Of a stretch of 64,000 nt of DNA, positions 39,100-51,361 are shown piece after piece. The stretch's first letter is position 1. Each line of letters starts with the position of its first letter. Where the stretch lies: the NCBI RefSeq assembly GCF_009914755.1, contig NC_060933.1. One strand, 5' to 3'. Position numbers and translations under genes: made by a program. The DNA is from the human T2T-CHM13v2.0 reference genome, Homo sapiens. A model generated the notes under the pieces. It was not told where the DNA came from. It did no database searches and saw only the letters and a program-made list of their open reading frames with translations.

Positions 39100-42000
39100 T
39101 CCTTTTGGGATCAGACTTTTATTTGCAATGTAGGGTTGCTGTATCCATAGCACATGGTTAACTCTAATATGGATGCAATTTTCATAAGTATTTATATTTT
39201 TTAATGAAATACATACACACGAAAAAAAGCACACATTCAGATAATTCACAAACAATCAAATCCTTGGGAAAGTCTCTGCCATTTGTTCAACAAGGTCAAG
39301 TGTCATTAGGAGCACAGAACAGCCAAATGTAAAATTTCTTTCCAGGAGCTTTCCAAGTGGTTGGAATAAACACAAGTTAGACCATGCAAAATTCTTAATG
39401 TATATTGGTCTGGGAAAGTAAAGATGGAAACAGAGAATACCTAGGGAGCTATGCAACACACCAAGGGCCATTATCCACAGTAACAATAACAGTGACAACA
39501 GCAATAATAATGTACAATGCTATAAGATTATTAAAATCTATTCTATAATGCACAGAGAAGTACCTGCTTGAAGCCATTAAATATATGACAGGGTCTGTCT
39601 TCAGTGCGATATATCAAATTTGGCAATTGAAAGGTATATAAAATATATATTTTTTGCTTTCAAAATATGGAACGAACTAAAATACAAGGCTTTTCTGATA
39701 AACTATAAAAATTTAATCAGCACTTGGATCTAATGACGTATCTTTATAATACTTCCTCTGCAGATACATTCACTTAGTTCAAACCTTAACATACAAAGTT
39801 AGCCTCAGGAGAATCATGTTTCCTTCCATTCATTTCTTATAAATATTATTATCCACTTGAAGTCGTTCTGATGAAGGAATTTCCTCCCTATTTTTTCAGC
39901 CTTTTTTTTCTCCTCTTAGCTAAGAAGACATCAGGAAGACACTGCCCAAAGTATTCATTCCCCATGACTTACTTTCAGTTTCCATTTTTGAGCCATTAAA
40001 AAAAAATTCTCAATGTTGCACTATCTGAGTGATTATATTAGATCATTAACATGGAAATCTTAAAACGTGGCCCTTAATGTTGTTTGTCTATATTTGTTCC
40101 TATTTTCATCTTTCTCTTTTTCTTCTTTTTCCCTTTCTTCCTGTTTCCCTCCCTTCTTTCCTTCCTTTCTTCCTTCCTTCCTTCTTAGAATTCACTGAAG
40201 TATTTCCTAGGTTGTCTTTTACTTACTACTTTAATCAAAGCTTATCTTTGTGCCCAATGTGTAGGAAGTGAAAATGTCTCTTTGAAATTCTATATTACAT
40301 AGACAGAGAAGTTGGGCCTTCGAGGGCTTGAGTTTCACTTAAATACTATACACATGTGGTATCACACAAGGGGGAGGGGGAGGGAACAAACATAATCATA
40401 ACAATTATTTTCAGTCTGTCTTTACAAAAGAAAGCCTCTTCTCTATGAAAGTCTTTTTGACATCTGCTCCCGGAAACCTGCCCCAAGAACACATTCTCCA
40501 TTGCTTTGCAAGGATCTCTTTTTAAAAGCACATCCATCCACTGTCCCCAGGAGGTCACGTATGTTGGATTATCCTGTTCTTAGTTGAGCAACGAATAAGC
40601 ACTGGATGAGTTTTCCAGGGATGAGCTGGTTGCTTCTGGGGTGGAAACATTATATGTTCCTGAAAAACAGAGCAGCAACTCAGCCTTGAAGACAAGCCAT
40701 CATGAACTTTGGGGTGTGAACATCTCCTAAGGGACCCAGGGGAGCAGTGGTCTAGGCACTAGGTAAACTCGGCCATGCCTGGAAACCAACCCATACCTGC
40801 CCTCTTCCCAAGACCTAGAAATGCCAGAGAACTAACAGAGTTGTCGTTCTCATGCATGTGTGGCAGCCAACAAGCAGTCACTACTTCACATCATACCAGC
40901 AGCCAGGTTTCTACAAAGGACGGGAAGATGTCAAGGTGGGAAACCCTCCATATGCCATCACATGCATGGTCTGGGAACATCTGCATGAGGGAATCTCCCT
41001 GGTCCTCTTGGGTTGTGGTGACTTACAGAAGCTCTTGGGAGGCACCTGGAGGCTCTACTGAAAGTGGAGGTTTGTAAAGAGAGTAAAGGGAAAGAAAAGA
41101 GAAAATTATAGGGAGAGAAAAGGCAGGACCAGAAAAGAAGCAGGAGTCAGGAACGTCAACAGAACTGCTGAGAATCAGTGCAGCAAGGAAGGCAGCCTCT
41201 GAGCAACTGCACAGGCTTGTGTCTGCGGGGAGGTGGGGACTGTGCACAGGGAGTGGGTGGAGAGTGTGTGTCGGGCAAGAAAAGGGTTGAAGTGCCCACC
41301 CTACCATCAAATTGCTGAACCGCCACCACCGCTAACAAAGTTTCCGTCATGGCCTGGGGGGATCTTAGGGGCTGCTGACAACATAAACCAAAGTTACGGT
41401 ACTTATGGGGCCCCCAAACATGCCCAATTGGGACTTTCATAATCAGAAGTGAAGGTCCCCCAGTTTCATGGGTAATTCATCAAATTGAAGCAGAAAAGAA
41501 CCCAAGTCCTCTGGAGTTTTAACAGTTATAGGCATTCACAAAATTTGCTTGTATATGAAAAGCCTTAATGTGGAACATTGATACATTTCTCAACTCTGCA
41601 TTTGTGAGATCTGTTGAGTTTCAAAAAGCTAGAAGAAATCCTGGGGCTTATTTTCCTGTGGGGGAGGGATGGTGGCATGGGACAGGGGTTTCAATTTGCT
41701 AGAATAGCTGAGATCTGTTGCCCAAAGTTATTAATTCCATTCATTTCAAATCTCCAAGGTAGAAATTTAACTGTGAATATTTCTAATAGAATAGCTAACT
41801 AGGGTGATCCCTTATGTAATGCATGCACACTTCTATGTGCTTCCATGTGTAACACAAGCACACTTTATAAAAAGAACACAAAAGGAAAACAAACCTAAAT
41901 AGTGAGATCCTGTAGTAAGATTTTCTAACTGTATTCTTTGCTGCCCCGTAACCCTGAAACATCACCTATCTACTCTTATTTGACATAATTTGAGAAGAAC

Positions 42001-44517
42001 TCTGTGTTTGACAAGGCCAGCAATTTACAGTTCTCATTTTGATGGATGATAGTTTGACAGACAGCTCTCCAAATCATTGTCTAGATTCTCCAAATCTTAT
42101 TCTTTATGAGTTATTATAAGTTCCCAACAAAGGCAGCTGCCCTCTGTACCCACTTTTTGGTGATTTGTGAAAATGTAAGTTCCTCTATTTAACCTCTACC
42201 CCAAAAGAGGACATTTTAGGTAAATGCCATGATTGGGGTGAAAGAGTAGGGGTGTTGAGGCTTCCCATTTGACCAAATGTGTTCTGGGCAAGCAGGGAGA
42301 ACATAGAGGCCACTACTCACCTGTTTTACCAAACAAACTGTTAAATCTCCTTGATATTGGAGAACTCATAGAAAACACAGGTGTAGATGAACCCAGGGAT
42401 GTTGACTAGAAGAGAGAAAAAAAGGGAAAATCACAAAGCAAATTTGTGGGACCAAAGCTGTTTACATCCCTAGAAGGATTGATTTTCCACCCTCTAGTGG
42501 TCACTGTGGGCATCTCTAGTCCCACTCCCAGAGGTCACGTTAAAATACTGGAATCTTGTCATCTGTATTAGAAAAATAACTGTCAAATACAAGTTTTATT
42601 GTTTGTTAGGCTTCTAGTATTTTCTGACATGTGAAAGGCAGTCAGATATATCCAAGGGCAATAGTTATGTTCCAAAATGAACTATAGAAAATTTTATCCA
42701 TTATTATTCTTCAACTTGTTTTCTCTAATGCCTTGAATCCCCCCAGAAGTCTGCTTCTCATTGAACATTTGATTTCAACCTTCAGTTTATATCATATATT
42801 ATTTTAAACCCTATTTAAATATGTGGAGTAGCATCTCAATGACAGCTCTATGGCTCTGTTTAATAGGCAGAATGACTTGAGAAGCAAAAACAATGGAATG
42901 ATCTATGCCAAATATAGCTGTTGAGGGAGATGGGTTTGAGGATGCAATATATTTAGCCTAATTAATCAAAATCCTGAAGAAAAAATTTAGTACTCTGTAC
43001 TTCAGAATGCTAGTGGAATACATGAGGTTATAAAACGAAAAGTATCTGCAGAGAAAAGGTTTACCTTTGAGTGTTGTGAAGACCATCTCGACAATGAAAA
43101 CTTATTCAGCAAAGCTTCCTGTACCTGCATTGTTAAAAAGAAGCTATCGTAACTTCAACATGCCAGAAGCACTTCACACTTTTCTAGAAACATGAAACTG
43201 TCATTGCTCTTACCTTCAGATCCTAGAGGCATCCAAAGAGTAAACTGAATAATCCCTGAGAAAAAAAGATTAAAAAGAAGTGCATTTTAATTATAGTCTA
43301 TTGTCCAGCAAAAGAGAAAGTACTATTAACCTGGTGTTAAATTTGTACTACTTCTTTTTCTATCTGAGTTTATGGAATGAGTCCAGTACATGATACTGTT
43401 CAATGAGAGGCAGTTGGTCCACACCAAGGGACTCTAAATGTTATGATGTTAGGAGGATATTTTCTATTTTCCCATTTTCCTTTGGTTGAGAACTGGAGGT
43501 CCTGTTGGTTATGCTATTTATACACCTCTTGTGTCTACAATATTCCTCACATAGTTGTGATGAGAATCTTGGCTATGGGGTGGGATAACTAGTTCCTTCC
43601 AAATGAGGCATATCATGAAGGTCATTACATATGAACTTTATAACTTGGAGACACAGGCCCAGTAACAGAAATTAAGGTTCATATGTTCTTGGCACAAGCA
43701 TCCTGAAAGCAGTATCTCAAGTGCACCTCCAGCCTCTGCCTCTTCACAAGCTCACAGTGGCCTCAATCCTTGGGCAGGTTTTTTCCTGTATTATCACCTC
43801 TCCATTGGGTGAAACAGAATTAATCACTTCCTTCCTTGTGGTTTAAAGGCTTGCTATCTATACCTCTGTTATATTTCTTCTAACAAACTGGTCTGCATTG
43901 TAATTAGTTACGTGCTGCAGGAGAGCAAAGAAGATGTTTTTTGCATTGTAGTACAATCAAGCAGATTGTCTGGCATTCACAGGACATTCGTTCTTTGATT
44001 TTTGATGCTTCCAGAGAAGCTGCTATGTGGTACATAGGATTTATTTCATTCAAATGATTATTGAGAACCTACTCTGTACCAAGGTCTCTATCAGGCATAG
44101 AGGTATAGTGATGAACAAGAAAAGGGCAATCCCTGTCCTCACAAAGACAGGATTTTCATTTAGGAGATAATAGACTGCATCAAGATAATCTTAGACAAAT
44201 GGGGATTTTCCTTTTACTGGTGTAATCAGGGTATTTAGCAGAGACTGGGAAATGACACTAAATTATAATGTAGGTGATAAAAAGCATGAGGTTCCATAGG
44301 ATCAGAAGAATGTGTTCTTTCCATCTCATTGAATTCTCATTATTACTGCTCTTTAGAGCTGAGGCTTCCTCTGGGCTGAAATCCTTCCCCATTCCTACTC
44401 TTGTTTGTGTTTCTATCATTAATTTGTCCTACAGGAATAAAATCTTCCTGAAAGTCCCGCACTGCAAAACTCACCTGGAAGACATTGAGGATGGCAAATA
44501 CGATATGGAACACAAGG
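39100..44517 (-). pseudogene. ADGRF5: Unprocessed partial ADGRF5 (GPR116) pseudogene: TM7, C-terminal tail and 3'UTR
   Basis: Exons 44475-~44517 (LVFHIVFAILNVFQ, truncated), 43214-43255 (GLFSLLFGCL*DLK), 43065-43124 (VQEALLNKFSLSRWSSQHSK), 42321-42405 (STSLGSSTPVFSMSSPISRRFNSLFGKT), 40659-40580 (TYNVSTPEATSSSLENSSSAYSLLN*); AATAAA (-) at 39118-39123; W>TAG at 43223-43225. Confidence 0.95.
40105..40186. repeat. (CTTT/CCTT)n low-complexity tract in ADGRF5-derived 3'UTR
   Basis: Direct inspection. Confidence 0.85.
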
Positions 44518-44519
44518 AA

Positions 44520-46185
44520 CACTACTGTCTGCTGTCACTGGTTAATCACTAGATGCCAAGAGCTTACTGAACAAAAGCTTGGCAATCAGAATAAATGGGG
44601 AAGGAAGGACCTTATGAATTGTCTACTTAGCCTAAGAAACGGCAGGTTTAGTTCTTCTCTTCCAAAAGATACAGGTATATCACTGGAATTGTACTTAAAA
44701 TTTATAGATGACTAGCAAATATATACTTTATATGTACTTAACATTTAGATCAATCTTATTTAATACTTGGAGGTTAGAAGAAGCATCTTTAGGGGAACTA
44801 TATAATATTCTGTTAACATTTTCTCTGCATTTTAAAAAATCATTTCATCTCAAACACTTATCAGCGTCATGAAATCAGTAATGACTCTTAAACAATTCAA
44901 CATAAAGGTTTGAACTCTGCACTAGATGTCTCTTTAATTTTTTAATATTTAAAATTTAGTTCAGGCTTTTCTCACCAGGTGCCTTTAGTGGTGACTAAGA
45001 TAACTGACTTCTCAATTGTTTCTCTGAAAAAAGTGTTGCTGTGGGAATAATTTTAATGTTCAATGTGATATCATGGTGGAGTTTTGTCTTTTAAAACATT
45101 AGAAGCATTTTAAATACTAAGAATCAAATATTTATAGATCAAACACTTGTGTTTTAAGTATTATACGGGACCTGTTTACATATAGTAAATGTGTATGTAT
45201 ACATGAGTTGTTGCTGAAGCCGACAAGCATATTACATACATGCATTTTCCCTGTGCCATCATAGTTGCAGTTAGAGTTCTAGTACCTGTAGGCTCGCCTG
45301 GGAGGCAGATTAGACCCAAAGGTAGACATTTTTCCCTTTCCCTGAAGCATGATGGTGGTAGTTGATTCTTTGATTTCCTTAGTACCAAACTTTAAGGCTT
45401 TTGTAAAAACAAAACGAAAAAACTAGGAGCTTGGAACATTTAAAAATTAACGCTGCTACCATCAATTCATCAAATATTTACTTAGAACCTTCATACATTA
45501 AGATTCTGGTAACCAATAAATTAGAATTTATTTCTTCTGCATAAAGTAAATTTTCATACACTCGACCTACTGAGACAGCAAAGGTGTCCTAATTTGAGGC
45601 ATTTGTGTAATGCCTACATAACTAAATGGTAACTAAAATGGGACAGCATGGGGCAAGACCTTGTAGTTCTTCACAGACTATTTGTCATCAGTTTCTCCAA
45701 TTAATTTGCTGCATGAGCCAAATAACCATAATTCACCTTTTGTACCCACTGGAGCCATAATTAGAGAATCAGAGGGTGTAGACAGAGGTTAATGCCAATG
45801 ACAAACACAGGGCAGGATTTATTATTATTATAAAGATCATTACATACAAAAGATTTTTTTTTTTAATTCCTAATTCTAACAAAGGGGATCAACCAGAAAT
45901 GAAACTAAGCTACTTTCTGAAGTGACACTGTGTCAGAATAATCCAGATTTGAATATAACATTTTGCCACCCACTGACATTTAGATGAAGGACTGCCTCTC
46001 CGGAAGAGTTCAGAACATATTCAGGGGTGAACCTAACACCAGGGAAGAAAGACTACTGATGAAAATATTTTTCCACTTTGAACAAATCTGTAAACTACAC
46101 CTTTCTTTATAGAAAAATGCTTGGAATAGTCACTGTAATATTTAGCTGTGGATAAAAATTTGTGAAAATAAATACTTTTGAATTA
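44520..46185 (+). pseudogene. Orphan 3'UTR-like segment, probable 3' end of a processed pseudogene; parent not identified
   Basis: 1.65 kb with no recognisable repeat, AT-rich, AATAAA at ~46167 followed ~12 nt later by A-rich 'agaaaaagc' and then L2 sequence. Confidence 0.45.
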
Positions 46186-46494
46186 GAAAAAGCAAGGAAG
46201 AAGAATGGGGTTGATAGGATGTATATTTAAAATAGATTAACCAGGAACAACTGCACTGTGTTTTATATATGTGTGATAACATATGTATAATTATATATCA
46301 CTATATATAATAACTATATCTTTATATCTGGTGCAGGTGAGTAAATAACCCATGCAAATATCTGGGGAAGGAATAGTCCAGGTACTACAGGAATATCAAA
46401 AAGGCCAATATGACACAAGCAGAGTAATGACAGAGTGATATGGAGTGAGGAGCAGATGAAATAATAAGAAAAGTAGGCAGGTCGTTTTGAGGGG

Positions 46495-46652
46495 TATGTG
46501 TCTCAAATTCTAATTTGCATATAAATCACCAAGGTTTCACATTAAAATAAAGATTCTGATTCAGGTGGTCTGGAGAGTTTATATTTCTTACAAGTTTCAG
46601 GGGATGCTGGTGCTACTGGTCTGTGTATCACACTTTGAATACCAAAGGACTG
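46495..46652 (-). mobile_element. MER5A MITE
   Basis: 'tctcaaa...aatcacc...gattctgattcagg...tgctggtgctactggtc...cacactttgaatacca'. Confidence 0.75.
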
Positions 46653-46691
46653 GAGATGCGTGCATGGTAAGGAGCTTTGGGATGTGAGTAA

Positions 46692-47128
46692 TGTGGGTTG
46701 AATTGTGTCTTCCCCAAAAAGATGTTCAAATCCCAACTCTCAGTACTTGTAAATATGACATTACTTGGAAATAAAATCTTGCCTAGTCAATCAAGTTAAG
46801 TGGATTCAGATGGGCCCTTATCAAATGACTAGTGTGCTTGTAAGAACGTGGATATTTAGAAAAACACACAGTGGATAAAGTATGTGAAGATGAAGGAAGA
46901 GAGTGGAGTCATGTAACTACAAGCCAGAGAATGCCAAGGATTGATGGCAACTGTGAGAAGCTAGGAAAAGACAAGGAAGGATCCTCCCCTGGAGCCTTCA
47001 GAGACGCTGAGCCTGATGACACCTTACTTTCAACTCCTAGCCTCCAGAACTGTGAGAGAATAAATTTCTGTACTTTTAACCTACTCAGTTGGTGGTAATT
47101 TGTTGCAGTAGCCTGAGGAAACTAATAC
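46692..47128 (+). mobile_element. MLT1B/C MaLR LTR
   Basis: 'tgggttgaattgtgtc...cctccagaactgtgagagaataaatttctg...ggaaactaatac'. Confidence 0.85.
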
Positions 47129-47429
47129 CTTGAGTGGGATGGAGAGTGAAGTCATTGGAGGGTTTTAAGAGAAGAATGGCTCGGTCTGACTTATTCTTAA
47201 AGAATCACCCTAATTGCAGAAACAAGAATAGACTGAAGGCAAGGGGCTACAGGGAAGTAGGAAGACCAGTTAGGCGGCTATAGCAGTAAACCTAACTGGA
47301 GAGTGGAGAGATGGTGGTTTGAATCAGGGGGGTAGTGATGGTGGTGAGACAGGAACAGAATCTGAAGATGTTTTGAATTACTATTGATAAAATTTGTTAA
47401 CATTGTATGAGCTATAAAAAAATGAGGGT

Positions 47430-47721
47430 GGCTGGGAATGGTGGCTTACTCCTGTAATCACAGCACTTAGGGAGGCTGAGATGGGTGGACTACCTGAGGT
47501 CAGGAGTTTGAGACCAGCCTGGCCAACATGGTGAAACCCTGTCTCTACTAAAAATACAAACATTAGCCGGGCATATTGGCGGGTGCCTGTAATCCCAGCT
47601 CCTCAGGAAGCTGAGGCAAGGGAATCACTTGAACCCAGGAGGTGGTGGTTGCAGTGAGCCAAGATCATGCCATTGCACTCCAACCTGGATGACAAGAGTG
47701 AAACTCCATGTCAAAAAAAAA
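47430..47721 (+). mobile_element. AluSx
   Basis: Full dimer, 'cctgaggtcaggagtttgagaccagcctggccaacatgg', short A tail. Confidence 0.95.
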
Positions 47722-49035
47722 CGTAGAATGATTTATAATACTTTGGGTAGAAACCTAGTAACGGGATTGCTGGGTCAAATGGTGTTTCTGGTTCTAGAAC
47801 CTTGAGAAATCACCACACTGCCTTTCACAACAGTTGAACTAACTTACACTCCCATCAACAGTGTAAAAGCATTCCTATTTCTCCATATCCTCTCCAGTGT
47901 CTATTGTTTCCTGACTTTTTAGTGGTCGCCATTCTAACTGGCTTGGGATGGTATCTCACTGTGGTTTTGATTTGCATTTCTCTAATGACCAGTGATGTGG
48001 GAGATCGGTCAGGGTGGTGGGAGAAGCTATAAGGAAAGACGCAAGCCTTCTTGAAAGGTTGGAAGGTCTTGCAAAAGCTTCATGAGAGAATAAAGGTGAA
48101 GGAAGAAAATTCTCTTTCTCTGAGGCTAAGGGTGAGAAGTAGGTGCAAGGAAAAGTGAAGAAGTTTATCTAAATATGCTTGTTTACTTATGTCATCAGGA
48201 AACTGACTTTTGAACTTCTGAGCATGAGACTGCTCCCTGTAAGAGGGAGCAAAAATGTTAATTACCCAGCAATTGTGTTGACTCCAGGCCTTGGACGTTA
48301 TGCCAGTACTGAATAAATACAAGCAGCTCTGGCTTATCGAGACTGCTAACTCTCCTCTGCCCCTAGGGCTCGCAGCCTCCTAGCCTGCTCTTACCCTGTA
48401 TATTTGTGTCTGAGTACTCCTTTCTTCTGTTGCTCAGCCAGGGTCTGCGGGATGGACCCGGCACAGTGATGATGAGCTTTTTTTCATGTTTGTTGGCCGC
48501 ATAAATTTCTTCTTTTGAGAAGTGTCTGTTCACACCCTTTGCCCACTTTTTGATGGGGTTGGCACAAGCACATGTATGTTTACTGCAGCACTATTCACAA
48601 TAGCAAAGACTTGGAACCAACCCAAATGCCCATCAATGATAGCAGCCTGGATAAAGAAAATGTGGCACATATATACCATGGAATATTATGCAGCCATAAA
48701 AAAGAATGTGTTCATGTCCTTTGCAGGGACATAGATGAAGCTGGAAACCACAGTCTCAGCAAACTAACACAGGAACAGAAAACCAAACACTGCATATTCT
48801 CACTCATAAGTGGGAGTTGAACAATAAGAACACATGGATACAGGGAGGGGAATATTACACACAAGGGCCTGTCAGGGGGTCGGGGGTAAGGGAGGGATAG
48901 CATTAGCAGAAATACCTAATGTAGATGACAGGTTGATAGGTGCAGCAAACCACCATGGCACATGTATACCTATGTAACAAACCTGCATGTTCTGCACCTG
49001 TATCACAAAACTTAAAGTATAATTAAAGAAAAAAA
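47722..49035 (+). mobile_element. 5'-truncated L1PA with twin-priming 5' inversion (antisense 47722-48560, sense ~48563-49035)
   Basis: Antisense part ends at L1 'AAATCATTCTAC'; sense part resumes at the adjacent consensus 'CACA.GCACA.GTATGTTTA' and runs to the 3' end and A tail. Confidence 0.88.
47996..48463 (+). mobile_element. LTR22-family solo LTR (HERV-K22/HML-5) inserted in L1
   Basis: tgtgggagatcggtcagggtggtgggag...ggacccggca; perfect TSD cagtga. Confidence 0.88.
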
Positions 49036-50506
49036 TAGGGCTGCCAAGGGTATAAACAGGGTGTTTCGTGGCTTAATAACTGTATAACTATAAGGATGGA
49101 GTCTATTACCTCCTGATATGAGGAACATGATGAGAGAAGGTGAGAATGGGGAAGATGCTGGGTAAGTGGGGAGAATAGTAGGAGATTAAGAGCTCTTTTT
49201 GAGGTATGTTCGCTTTGAGATGCCTATTTTGCCTGCAAGTAGAGATAGTAATTAGGCTACTTGGCATAAGTCTGGAGTCCAGAGCATAGGTCTCCACTGG
49301 AGATTTATCTGACATGAGTTATTAAGAGAAATTATGATGTTTGGCAAGCATGTCCTTAAGTTGTGAGATTAACATCAAGAAGGACAATCATGTACTTCTA
49401 AAACATGGTGTTCAGTGTCACTTATTTGAAAACATACTGGGCCATTATTTGACCTGTGACAGTTCTGACATTCATTCTAAGACTACCAGATATGAAAGTC
49501 AGGAGACTGATTAGTTTCTTTTTTGGTGCTTTTCTCACTCTAAACTTCAACTTTCCATATCATTAAAGCCACTAAGGTAAACAATTAGCCTAAGAGGTAT
49601 ATTCATTACTTTTTTGCTGCCTTTAAATTTGATGCCTCATTGTAAAAAATATGACCTCACTTGTATTTGTGTGGATGATATTTTAAAAGATCATACTGGG
49701 CAGAGAATATGGACACTTTCATTATTTAATACTTTAGACTAATGCCAATCATTCAAACATGAATTCTTCATTCATCTGTCTTGTCAAAGAAACAGAGCTC
49801 ATATTGCATATGTGAAATATCACCTAGTGTCTATTTCAATCGTATATATTTTCTGTTTGTATCTTAGAAAAATTATTTCACCTCAACAAGCATATTGCTT
49901 GTTGGAATTATCTGGATATAGTGATAAAATAATTATTTTCATCAACATCTGAAGAAAATGCCTATGTATCTGTTGGGATGGGAGGTGGGATGGAGAGGTG
50001 TGCAGTTGTCTAGCACCACTTGTGGCTGGGAAGGTATGTGTGTCTACAGTAACAGAAAAATCTATTGTTACCACAAAGATTCCCCATAGCTCCTTTAAAA
50101 ATAAACCTGCCATCTTGATCTCCATCTGCCTGAATCTTTGGGTATCTCTCCCTTAGTTCAAAATTCTGACAGAGAATAGAAGCATATTTATCAATCCTTC
50201 AAGCCCCAGTAGAAACATCAGAGGGAGAAAACTTACCTATTTTGAAATGGTTGACCAATTCTCAGTGACAAAGCTACAGTTACAGTCTGATTTTCTTGTC
50301 CATTGCCAAGAAAAAATGATTCAGTCTGACTCCAATTTATAAGGGCATGTTGAAAGCAAGAATCCTACTTGTAGAGTTTCTTCTTCTAGGCATGAGGAAT
50401 GGTTATTCCAGGTAATGGATTCCTAATTTGCCCTTCTGTGGAACTAGATTTGCATGACAGATGACAGAATATTTGTCACCTTAAGATTCTTGAAAAATTA
50501 ATTTAA

Positions 50507-50864
<358 letters not shown>

Positions 50865-50966
50865 CTGAAGTTTTTCTAAGGCTGCCAAAATTGTGGTCAC
50901 CAACATAATAGGTACCATTTTTCCATTATCCAGTGTAAAATATATATAATATGTTATATAATATAA

Positions 50967-51361
<395 letters not shown>

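Larger units (their letters stand above)
46190..49310 (-). mobile_element. Fragmented L2 host element (pieces ~46190-46480, 47130-47425, 49040-49310)
   Basis: L2 antisense motifs 'tgcaaatatctggggaag', 'gaagaccagttaggcggcta', 'tttgagatgcctatt...agtctggagtccag'. Confidence 0.65.

Noticed and set aside
40580-44517. Functional ADGRF5 gene
   Set aside because: Truncated within the TM7 exon and carries an in-frame TAG
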